Positions 34,799-46,700 of a stretch of DNA of 64,000 bases are shown here, piece after piece (the stretch's first letter is position 1; each line of letters opens with the position of its first letter). The position numbers and the translations under genes are program-made. Source of the DNA: a virus. The stretch covers positions 14,934 to 78,933 of IMG/VR virus record IMGVR_UViG_3300022226_000002. One strand, given 5' to 3'. The notes below the pieces were generated by a model. That model did no database searches and was not told where the DNA came from. It was given only the letters and a program-made list of their open reading frames with translations.

Positions 34799-37700
34799 TC
34801 ACTTCTTTTTGCGTTCGTCGTCCTTCTTTTTACGTTCGTCTCTCCACCGGTCTTCCTGCTCAACCTTCCACCTTCCAAATTCGGTGTTGTATGACCGCTT
34901 AAGCTTGCCGGTCTTCGGATCTTTGACTATCGGCCCCTGTATCTCAAGCCGTGCGGCATCCTTATCCAAGCCGTAGAGCTCGGCGAGTGCCTTAAATTTG
35001 TCCCAGTTCATATCAGGAGCACCACTGTAGTGGTTCCATAGATGCTGCTGGGCTTCAACATTGGACAGGCCGGTGGCTTTGAGTTCCCGGACGGACTTCG
35101 CGAGGTCTTCCTTCCCTTTCTCCGACTCGGGTTCCTTTACGGCGTTGAACACAATATCCTGCAGCCAGTCCTGCCTTAGTTGGTCAATAGCCTGTGCGTC
35201 TTTAAGAAGTCTCTGGGCCTCGTCCCGCATCCCCTCTCGAATCTGGCGGGCTTCATCCTTCTTGCCATCTTTGTAGAGGTTGCGCGCCTTGGTGCCCATT
35301 TCTCGCAAGTGTTTCGCAGCGGCCTTGTATTTCATCGTGGCCTGAAATTCCTTCCGCACACGGTCATACCCTTTGCGCCCAGCCTTCTTTCTCAGTTCGC
35401 GGCGGGCTTTATCGAAAGCGTCCGACTGCTCGTTGATGTACTTCACAGAAGCGGCGAGATAGCCGATGGATGGTCGCCAGAAGAGTCGGCCAATCTGTGG
35501 GTATTCAGACAAGTCCTTGGGTAGCTTGCCTTCATTCAGGACGGAAAGGGTCCTGACTGTCTCTTCCACCTGAGTGCCAACGAGATTGCCGACGACGTAC
35601 TCAGCCATGATCGGGCTGACTTCTAGCTTCTCGCCGAGCCGCTTGTAGAACTCGGGAGTGCTTTCGTAAGCCTGAGATGCCGGGTCATCCCGGTAGAACG
35701 TCTTGAGGCTCTCGGGGACGATCGCTCTTTGTAACCAGAAGGAATAGTTCGCCTTGGCTTCTATGGTGGTGAGTCCGATGGGAGTTGCGAGACTGGATAA
35801 CACTGGCATATCGGCAGTTCGTCGCGCGGCCTGAGCAAGCAACTTCTTGTCGTCGATGTTTACCCCGCTCATTTGTTCCATCGTCTTGTTGAACGTGTAT
35901 CCAACGACGGCGCCCTCGGGACCGTATGGAATCGGCATTCGCAGCATTGGCAGCCCTGGCACCTTGACCGGCAGGTCCCGCAACTTGCTGTCCTCTGGTT
36001 GCTCCACGTACTGCTCTCGCTCCTCGTCGTCCATCAAGGCCCACGTCACTGTTGCGGCCAGGGCGGACATCGCCCCCAAGTAAGCCATTGCCACAGCCTG
36101 ATCTCCACGACTGCGCTTCTGCGTGGCACGTTCAGCTACCTGATATACCACCTGCATTCCTGGATTTAGAAACATCGCAAAGCGGTAGATTGAAGCAATC
36201 ACATTGGACCCAGGCCGGGAAATGAAGTTGCCGCTGATCTCGTCATATACCCGTGTTGACCGAATGTCCGTGGCGCCCTTCCTCTTCGCCACAACCGCTG
36301 CCCCTTCTCGAGGAGTGGATTCCGCCCACTGACTGGCGTATCGAATCGGAAAATTCAGAGCCTGGAATGGCTTGTACGCTGCCCATGCCGCCTGGCCCGG
36401 AGCGTACTGCAGCCGATCAAGCCAGTTCATGTGTTTCCAACCATCGACAAGGATTCCTTGAGACATGAAGTCGACGAACCGATTCACTCCCAAAATGTGC
36501 TGGTCACTGTGGGTGTGCTTGAACGAGTTAGATAGCAGTTCTGTGTCCACCTTGACGGACTTGTCGCCAGCATCGAACAGATTGGCAACTTGGTTCGCAG
36601 AGCCTGCCGCCCAGTACACACCGGGGATGTAGCGTTCCATTCCCCTTCCCAACACCACGTTTCCGAACAGGTCGCGGAACATAGCTCGGGGAACGAATGA
36701 AACGCTATTGGTGATCGAGTCCTTGATTGCCTGACCTGGACCGCCGAAGAAGTTGCTCAGCCACTGCACTACCTTCGATGGACTTTCCACTCTGGTGAAG
36801 AAGTCATACAGCAGTTCATCCTTAACCTGCTCGAACTTCACCTTTCCACCCTCAAACCGCGTGAGTACATTGACAGCCCGCGGTGATTTGGACCTAATGA
36901 TAGGCTTTCCTGGGAAATTCACATCGATGTCTTTGGGGTCGATGGGGTTGTCTTTGTACTCCTCTGTTTCATTGAGGTATTCGGCAATCACCTCCTGCAT
37001 CTCACTTCGATTCAACGTCGCTACCCTGGCGGAATCCAATCGCAGGGGAACCATGACTCGCTGCGCCGCCCACTTTGCTTCTGCAGGAACATCCTCCATT
37101 GCCTGGATGTCGGCCTGCATATCCTTCACGGCGTTTCGCACGGCGTTGTGGTAGTACGCTCGGTAGGCAGCATGAACATGGGAAGAGATGGCGTTCTTGA
37201 GATCCTGAAACGGGAGCACCGAGCCATGTGCGCGACGAAGCTGAGATCGCAACTGTCCCGCAGATGACCCCAGTCGCGACTCACCCCGTTCCACCTGACG
37301 CGGCAAAGGCACGTAGAATTCATGGGCCTCAACCATCGTCTGGTATTGGTCCGTCGTCACTTCGCCACTGAGGACATTCAGAAGCATGATCTGACGAAGG
37401 AAGCTGGTTAGTCTCGACTGCTGTTCTTCAAACTCTGGGTTATTGGATTCCGTCTCCTGAAGAGCGCGACGCAGTTGCTCGGGTCTTTCTCCGGCTGAAC
37501 GACCAGGGTATTCGTGACCGTGCTTCTCCCATCGCTCCAGAGCCGACTTGCTCTGAGCGTACTGCAGAAATTCCGGCCACTTCTGTCGGCCGACGGCTAC
37601 CGCAATATCATTGATGGTGTAGTCCGTGAGTTGTATGCGGTTTCCCTCTTCCTGAGACTCGGGAATGACGGCACCAGCCGCTTCCAACTGCTCTATCTGC

Positions 37701-40700
37701 GTGTCGCTGAACCACTGCCGAGGAGCCATGACGGTCGCTCCTCGTTGCTTCTGTCTACCGAAAATGGCGCCACTCGCGTCTCCTCCGATATGCCACAGAT
37801 AGTGCGACCAGTCACGAACAGATTGCACCCGCTCGTCAACCTTCTTTCCAATCTCCTTACCCGCCGTTAACGCTGCGTTGACGATTGGGCTTTCAAGACG
37901 ATATGAAACCGCCGCTTCCGCGCTCATCAGATTGTACATTGAGCGGTGAACAAGCTCCGTAACCGCATTCTTAGCCCCTCGCTTTGGCCCTACGGCGTGA
38001 GACCTCTGGCGGGCCATTACCGGACGCTGCATGTGGGCCACCAGGCCCCTGTGGGCGTCCCTGAGAGCCGCTGCCACATCGGGGTGTTCCACGTTCAACA
38101 TCTCGAACATCGACTGCTGGAGCGGGGCAGGCACGCTGGAGGGGGCTGTTACGGATAGTCTCACCAGTTCCGCAAACCCTTCCCATTCAGTTTCGGCCGA
38201 GGCAGCCGTTCCGTCCCTCTGTGTCAATGCAATCAACTCTCCGGCCTGCTCCACCATCCACTCGGAAAACCGTTCGTTCTGAGACAACACCTCTGCCAGC
38301 GCGTGGCCCTGTTCGTGGAAGTTCCAAGGACCAACATCCGACATGGAGCGAATCAAGTGCGGCGTCCGCTGATACTGGCCGGGGGTTCTCAGCTGCTCGC
38401 TTCCGATTCTCATCTCGGCTTGCAGGGCGTCGGTGAAATCCTTGACGATCTGTCGAAATCCGACCGTGGTTCCTTCCCGGTCATTTTTCAGGCGGTTAAC
38501 CGTTCGCTTGCCTCGGGATGTCTCCGGAGCTTGAGAGACGTACTCTGCTGGAGTCAGAATGGCGCCAACGTCACCTGGCGCTCCCGCAAGCTCTGTTTCC
38601 TTCGGCTTGTCTTCGGTGGCCTTTGCAGGTTCTTCCTCTTCGGGAAGTGGTTGAAGCCTGATTAGCTTCTCTGGGTTTGTACGAGCTGACTCGTAAGCCG
38701 CTCGCGGTGAGTCCCCTTGGCCGACCGCGAATCCACCTGGAGACACAATTTGCCATCTGTCTATCGGTTTAACTGGCAACCCTTCCAAAATCTTCGGGGT
38801 TTCGCCAGGGGCAACAAGCTCGTAGTCGACGTGAAGACGGTCTTGAATCTCTTCGGCTGTCCACTCTCGTCGGTCCTGCAGTTCCGGGAATAACGGAGTG
38901 CCGTCCTTGTCCGTTACCTCTTTGGCGGGCAAGGGAGCGAAGTTGTCACCGACCGCGTACAGAATCTGTTCGTCTCCGCGGTGGCCCGCTACCTCGTATT
39001 CATTGCCTTTGTGGAACACCGTGGTCCCCACCGGAGCCCCAGCTCGCAGCCAGGCTGGTGAAGCACCTGGGTTAGCTTCCATCTCATCCTGCAAGGCTTG
39101 GAGCTTCGCACGCTTGGAATCAAGCTGCAGCTGCTTCGGGAATGGTTGGCCAACGGCCCCATGTGCCATGTCGATGAATCGCTGATCCTTCTCGACGGAC
39201 ATCCGCAGCTTGTCGATCCGAGCGGGGATGTTGGACAACACACCCTGTAGGCTTTCCTCGCTCCAGCGCACATTCAGATTGCTTTCGCCCACGTAGAGAA
39301 TGCCGTTGTTGTTGAACAGCGGCAGGCCGCGATACTCGCCGATCTGGACCTTGGCACCGATCGTGTTCTGGTATCGCTCCTCCAGAGCCTTCAACTCGTC
39401 TCGAATCTTGTCCTTCCCGGTGATTACCTGGTCGCGGATGGTGATCGTCGGCTTGTCCGGCTTGTTCTCCCGCCAGGTGTCGTGTTCCTGCTGAAGCAGG
39501 TCGATGCGTTTTTGGGTCGTCTCGATGAAGCCCAGCTTCTGGTTCGCCCTGGAAACCGTCTCGGTAATTGTGCGCGCGTGGCTATCACGGGCCCGCTCCA
39601 GCTTCTGTACCTGGCCCTCAAGACGGATTCGCATCTGCACGCGGGGATCGCCGGCCGCAGCTGCGAACGACTGCTCCATATCGGTCCCGGAGCCATCGTC
39701 GGAGAGATCGATATCGTCCATCTCGATCGTTCGTTCGGTTCCGTCAGCACGCATGAAGCGATCGATGAAGCGAGACTTGGTGAGAAGCACCTGCCACCGC
39801 CGGCCGTCCTGCGGTCCTTCTGTCAGATAGCGGTACTCGTGGACCGTGTTCCACTTGTTCCCCTGCCGGTGACCTCGGCCGTTCCGCTGTTCCAGGTCGC
39901 CAGGCATCCAAGGCGCGTCGAGGTGGTGCATCGCGGCCATCTCATCCTGAGCGTTGACCCCGGTTCCCATGGTCTCAGTCGACCCGATAGCGAAACGAAT
40001 CTTTCCGTCTCGCATGTCCTGGGCCGCCTGGGTGCGACGACTCTTGCTCATCGTGGAGAAGATTGCTATCTCGTTTTCAGCTACACCCTCTTCAATTAGA
40101 CGACGCTTGACCTCCTTGGCTAGGTTGAACACCCGGACTCGCTCAGTAATGGGCTCGCCGTCATGTGTTCTGCCGAGCGTGCGAGTCGTCCAGTCGTTGT
40201 GCCCCACCTGCATAAAGATCATCTGCGTAGCCTTCGGATGCTCGTGGTAGTGAGCCATGGCATTTTGCAGCATCCGGTTGATCTTCAAGGCCGGGTCTTT
40301 CGGGTCCAGCGTGTTGCTGGTCTCTGGTCCCCAGTCGGTAACTATCGCCCCCTCGTCATTGACTCGTGTTCCAAATCCCGTCAGCCTCGGGTCCATGGCC
40401 AGCTTCACGCCCTCACCCTCAATGACCAGAGGGTTGTACCTCCCTCCGGGCTCTCGCATCATACGGACCTTATCTCGGCCCTGAGCGTTCTTGAAGGTCG
40501 TGTACCGCTCTTTAAGTTCCTCGCTGTGTGCCTGTTGGTGGGGAATCATCTCCAAGGTGGTATTGTGGATTTGCTTGAACGGTATCCCTACCGGGTTCTC
40601 GGTACGACCCTCACGGCGATCGCGGGGAGAGAATTCAGGCATGTCCTCGGCGAAGACGATGTCCATGTACTGGCCAACCATCTGTCGCAGTTCAGGAAGG

Positions 40701-43700
40701 TTGACGAACGACGAAAGGCGGTCGAAGTTCTCCCACGTCCCACCGGAAGACAGCTCGGTCAACGTCTCTTGAGTCGCAAACGTGTTGAACCATCCATCCC
40801 AGTGACGCACGCCAGCCGCTTCCATATCCTCGGCCATTACGAACCGCATCATGTTGTAGATTTCGTTGATGGTGTTCGTGATCGGCGTCCCGGTGAACAT
40901 ATAAGCGCCGCGCCCGTTGTTGTTCCCCCGGATGTAGTCGGCCAGCATCAGCATCATCGTGCCACGCTTAGAAGCCGTCTTGTTGAGCCCTTTTATGTTT
41001 TGCTTGGTCGTGATCGGGAGCTTTTTGAAGATATGGGCCTCGTCGACCATGACCATGTCGACGCCCATATCCTCGAACGTAATCCCCGTCCCCCTTTGCA
41101 TAGCCTGGGCGGCTTTTGTGATCATAGCCCGCAGTTTGAGCCGTTCTTTCACCAGCTCCTTGGCTGTCGGCTCCCTGAGCCTCCTCAGCTCCTCGGAGCT
41201 CACGTCGTCCAGGTTCGCCGGCATACTGCCCTTGGAGAAATCAGCCGCTTCCGACTCCTCGTACGCTTCCAGCGCGGCAGCCTCCAAGGCATCCATTTCC
41301 GGCTGCAGTAGCCTTTCGACCGTCTCGGGACGCATCTGGAAACGATCGGCCATCGAATGTGGGACAATGATCAAGTCCCAGTCTTCCGTGGCGATCGCCT
41401 GCAGGGTGGCTTCCTTCCGCTGGGCGTCCAGGTTGTCCACGTACAGAATGTTGGCGTTGGGGTAAGCCTCCTGGATCTCGTTGCGAACCGCCTGCGAATT
41501 GGCGTTGTGGGCCAGAAGCAGCGGTTTAGAAGCCAGCCCGAGCCGCCTCGACTCCATGGCCAGCGCGCCCATGGTCAACGTCTTCCCGGTGCCCACCTGG
41601 TGGCCGTAGATCCCGCGGCCGGACACGATGCCACGCCAGACGGCAGACTCCTGGTGCTGACGCAGATTGAACGGCTGGTCTCCTCGCTCGAGCGTCAATC
41701 CCTCGAAATCGAGCGGGACGTCAGAAAAGTCTGGGGTGACGGTGCTGTTGAATTCCTCGTTGTAGACCCCGGACAGCCGAGTGATACGGTCGGGGCTCGT
41801 CCAGATCCAGTTGGTGAACTTCTCCCGAAGCTCACTGATCTTCGTGTTGGCCTCGGCCGTGCTTACTGGATCCGCAATCCGACTACCGGGATTTTCCGGG
41901 TCCTCCATCGTCAGCTTCACCGTGGCATTGTTCATGGCCGCGTTCATCAGCTTGTTGAACGATATGCCTCGGTGACCGTGTGTGTGCTGGGCCTCTGTCT
42001 TGGCGTTGATTTCAGGAGGAATGTTGGTTCGCCATCCGTTCACCCGCATCTCTACGTCAAATGAACTCGCCGGCTCATTGAGGAGGAACCCAAGGAAATC
42101 GGCGTAGTCGCCTGCTTCGACCCACGTTGCCCCTAGCTTGGCTTCGATCTGCGAGTAGGGAATCGGCTCGGGCAAGCGTTCCTGAACAGCCTCAATCGAC
42201 CGCTCCAGCCCATCCATTCCCTCGGCCTGCGCGGCTTGCAGCTGCCGCAGTTTGCGGGCCATGTTCCCCCGCAGGAAGACATCAGCTGCGTCGTAGGTGC
42301 CCGTGCCGGTCTTGTAAATCTTGCCACCGGATTCCAACTCGGAGATGACCTGATCGACCGGCACCTTGGCTGCCGCTGCGATCCGCTCCATGTCCAGGTC
42401 GAGAGATCGATTGCGCTCCATTGCAAACGCATCGTCAACCGTCGGCTTCTCGACAACCTTCCGCTGGCGAACGGTCGACCGCTCGAAGATTGGACGCTTG
42501 GTGAACGTGCCGTCTTCCTGCTCGGCTTCTAGGGACAGCATGGTGGCTGCCATCGGATCGCCAGCACGAACCAGGTGGCGCACCGCCGCTGACTTGCCGA
42601 GAGGGCCGTATTTTGCCACGAACGCATCGTAGACGCGGTTCAGCTCGGCGCGGGACTTGGTGGCATCCTCGCTGACTGCCTGCTTGCCCAGCACCTCCCG
42701 CATGGCCTCACGAACGTCAAGAGCGGACTCAATCTGCTTGCGGTTGGCTATGATCGTCGCTGCCTTCGTTCCCTTCTTGCGGCGCCACGGGACGAAGTCG
42801 ATCAGCGGAAGCAGCTGTTCGCCTTTGACAATCCACAGGTCGTCATCCTGGGAAATGACGCTATTCTGCCGCATCTGCGTGAGGTTGGCCCGCTCTCGCC
42901 CCTCGGAAGGCGCCCGCTCGGTGTCAATAGTGCCTTCCGGGAGCCTGGCCATTGCTTCATCCAGCGCCGCCTGCAGGTCCGCCGGCGGGTCCACGATCAT
43001 ACCCGGACGACCGGACGTGGTTCCGTGGCCGTGGGTCATCGTCCCAAGGATGTTCTCCGGGTGATTCAGCCAGTATTCGTTGACTGCAATCGTTTCGCCG
43101 GCGGGAGTCTCGTAATCGACGATGGAGGTCCACTTTTCTCCGGTTGGTTCTTCACCCGGCTTTCGCTTCCGAATGACAACCAGATCCGCAACCACCTTCG
43201 TTCCGGCATAGGCTTGGAAGGCGCCAGTCGGCAACCGGATCGCTGCGACCAGGTCTCCATCGTTGGCGATCTGGGCACGCATCAGCTTCGCCTGGACCTT
43301 GCCGTCCATCGTGCTGTTGGACGTGATGAACGCCAGCACACCGCCCGGCTTGAGTTGGTCGAATGCTTTCTTGAAGAAGTAGTTGTGAATGGAGAAGTCT
43401 TGCTTGTACCGTCGATCGGGAATCTTGTAGTTGCCGAACGGCACGTTGGACACGATCACGTCGTAGAAGTTGTCGGGCGTCTGGGATTCCTGGTAGCCCA
43501 TCTGCTGGATGTTTGCGTCTGGATGAAGCGACCTGGCGATGTTGGCCGTTATGTTATCCAGCTCGATCCCGGTGAGCCTGGAATTGCCCATCAGATCGCG
43601 TGGCATCAGCGCGAAGAAGTTGCCGATCCCCATGGACGGTTCGAGCACGCGACCGCCCTCGAAGCCCATGCGGCGCAGACCGTCCCAGATGGCCGTGACG

Positions 43701-46700
43701 GTTTGAGGGTCAGTGAAGTGAGCGTTGACGATCGACTGCTGAGCTGACTTCCAGTCTTCTTCACCGAGGTAGATGCGAAGCCACTCGTCGGCGTCTTCCC
43801 AGCCTTCCTTGGGACGAGGGCGGTCCCAAGTGCCTTTGAATAGCTCCTGGCCGAATGCTCCCCAGCCGGTGTAGCCCGCAAGGATGTCCAATTCCTCTGC
43901 GGTCGGAGGGCGGACAGATTCCTCGAGGTCGCGAACGATTTCTATTGCGCGGCGGTTGCGCTCGAACTTCGCTTTCGGCCCACCGCCGATGATGGCGTCG
44001 GTGTTGGTGAGGTGGTAGTTGGGACGGGTTGCTCTTGGGGCTCGGTCTCGTCCTCTTCCGGTGTCATCAGAAGGTGCTCGCCCGCTATCAGCGCCGCGTC
44101 CCCCTCGCTCATCCCCTCTCTCTGAATCAGCCGCCTCAGTTCCTGATCCCTCTTCTCCTGCTGGACGATCACGAACGGCTTCAGTACCCTCAACCTGTTC
44201 AGCTCCTTGGTCATCTTCGGACGGTACTCCTTCCAGTACCTGATCACCTGCTGTGCCAGGTCGTTCGCTACGGTCCCCCCGATCTCCTGGGCCTGCTGCT
44301 TGATCTGTTGGGCCTGCTGCTTCGTCAACGTCTCCATCTGGCACCTCCAGGAAGTCTTCGACCTTGCCGGCCGGGTCATCGACCACGCCTCTAGTATGCA
44401 GCGCCCGCCAGCCAGATTCCATATACGGCGCGAAATTCCGGGCGAATTCGTCGCTGAAGTTCTCGACCACCGCCTCGACGTACCCCTTGAACGTATTGAC
44501 GCCAGCCTTCGCGTAAAGGTACGCCACTTCGACAGTTTCGGCCATCATCGCTGGATCCACACCAGACGTGAGCTTGGAGTTGATCTTCGCCATGAGAGCT
44601 TTAGCTGCGTCATGGGCAGCCTGCAAATCCTCGGCAGCCGATTCCAAAGTTTTCTGGCTGCGTCGTTTCGGTGGCTTCCTGCCACTCTTGGGACGATCGG
44701 CGAAGGCTTGCTTGGCAGTCTCTGCCAATGACTGCTCAAGGTTTCCTTGGGCAACCTTGTACGCGGCAAATGTGTCCGTGTGTTCGTCGATCACCCCTTC
44801 GAGTGCTTTGTATGCTTCATTCCAAGCATCGGAAGACTCCAACAATTCATCGCTGGATTTGTAAGCCCCAGAATGAATCGTATTCATCAGCTTGGAGACC
44901 GCAGGTTCCAGTTGGTCAATTGCCTTTTGGCTGTCCAGTTGGTCGCGAACGGATTCCAGGAAACTGTCTCGATGGCGCCGCACGAAGTCCTGCCGGTCGA
45001 TCTCCTTCGCCATGCCAGGCATTCCAGGCAACACGAACTGTCCGCCCTTCGTCTTCACGGGTCGCTTGCGGCCAACCTTCTTCTCGGCTGGCGCTTTGCC
45101 CATGATCTTGTCGAGAGCTGCCAGCGCCGCCGCGTCCATCTCGGCCTGCTCAGCGGGTCGTTCCTCACTTGGTTTCTCCTCAGAAAAAGGTGCTGGAGCG
45201 GTTCTAGCCGGTTCCACCGGTGGAGGAGTGCTTGGTTTCTCCTCATGTGCTGCTGCGAATGTACCGTAGTTGGACTTGAATGAGGCTTCGTCAATGACAG
45301 GTGTGCCGCGAGTATCCGCACCGACATTACGTCGGTACATCTGCCATGCTTCATCCGCATCCTTGGCGCGTACCTTGCCGCTGAATAGGGCAGCGATGAA
45401 TTCGTTGGCATCCTCCTCCAGTTCACCACGAGATGGCTTCTGTGTCTGTTCAGAAGGTGCTGGAGCGGTTCTAGCCGGTTTCACCGGTGGAGGAGTGACT
45501 TCTTCATCAGTAACCGCTGGTGGCTCTACTGGTACTGCCGCTTCCGGAACCGGTGCAGTGAGTGGCTGTAATTGCTCTGCAATCTCCGGTGGTGCTTCAA
45601 AGTTGTTGTAGGGGGCAGTCTGGTCTGTGCCTTCGTCGTCGAATGCCTTGGTCAGCAGAGGTGAATCGGCTGGAAGGTCCACATAAGATACGGGCGCCCC
45701 TGGACGGAAGTTTTCAGCCCACTTCCGGTCCTGCGACAACCAGCGAGGTTCGCCAGCCTTTAATTGCCCTGCGTGATAGAAACGCACGCGGCCCTCTGGT
45801 ACGGGCGGTTCCTCTACCTGTACTTCCGGTGCTGCAGCGACTTCGCCCTCTGACTGTTGTTTGGCCGCTAGTACCGCAATCGCATCGGGCACCGAATCAG
45901 GGTCCACCTCTAACGATGGGTACAGGGCGTGCGCCCGAACTTCTTCGCCAAATAATTTCCCGCCCTTGTAGCCATACGACTCAAACATGAAGTCTTGAAC
46001 TTCCTGCGTCGCCGCAACATCATGCCACTCTTTCTGCTGCTCATCGCTAAGGCGAGTCCATTCGTCGTGCGCGACCTCATGCCGCAACACCTGCTCTACC
46101 TTCTGGGAATCGGTCTTGTTGTACCACTCAGGATTTGCGTGGATGACATTCTCGCTCGGGCTGTAACTGGCGGTGTACTGGCCCGATTGATCGAAGACTA
46201 TGGGAACTCCCATAAAGTCCGATGGTCTTACTTCTGGCTCTACTTGTACTTCCGGTGCTGCAGCGACTTCGCTTGGCGCAACGTTATCGGCGGGAGACAC
46301 TGACTTCCGCCGGAGCACGCTGTCGACATCGCCATTGGCTTCTGAAAATGCCTCAGCGAAATCTTCCTCTGCAGCTTCGCTCTGCTGGTAAGTTTGTGCT
46401 CTGTACCCGCTTTGTCTTTCAATGTCCTTCCCGTGCTGAGTAACGCGAGGCCCGTCTGACCACTCCTGCCTTTGCTCATCTGTCAATGCCTCCCAGGCGT
46501 GATGTCCAATCTCATGTCGGACAATGTGGTCTTTTGTCGTGAAAAGATCCGACATGCCCCTTTCGGTTGCCACGTTGACGCCCCGAATTGCCATGTCTCC
46601 GTGTTGTATATGGCCCTTTTGACCTGCCGCATGTTCTCTGGGCATGTACTGAATAAACGTCAATCCGTGACTCTTCATCAGGTCAAAGGTTTCTGGTGCC

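Noticed and set aside
36190-43603. 11-nt partial matches to predicted targets of units 10 and 13 (near 36190 and 43593)
   Set aside because: Matches of this length are expected by chance in 64 kb searched on both strands with 18 queries.
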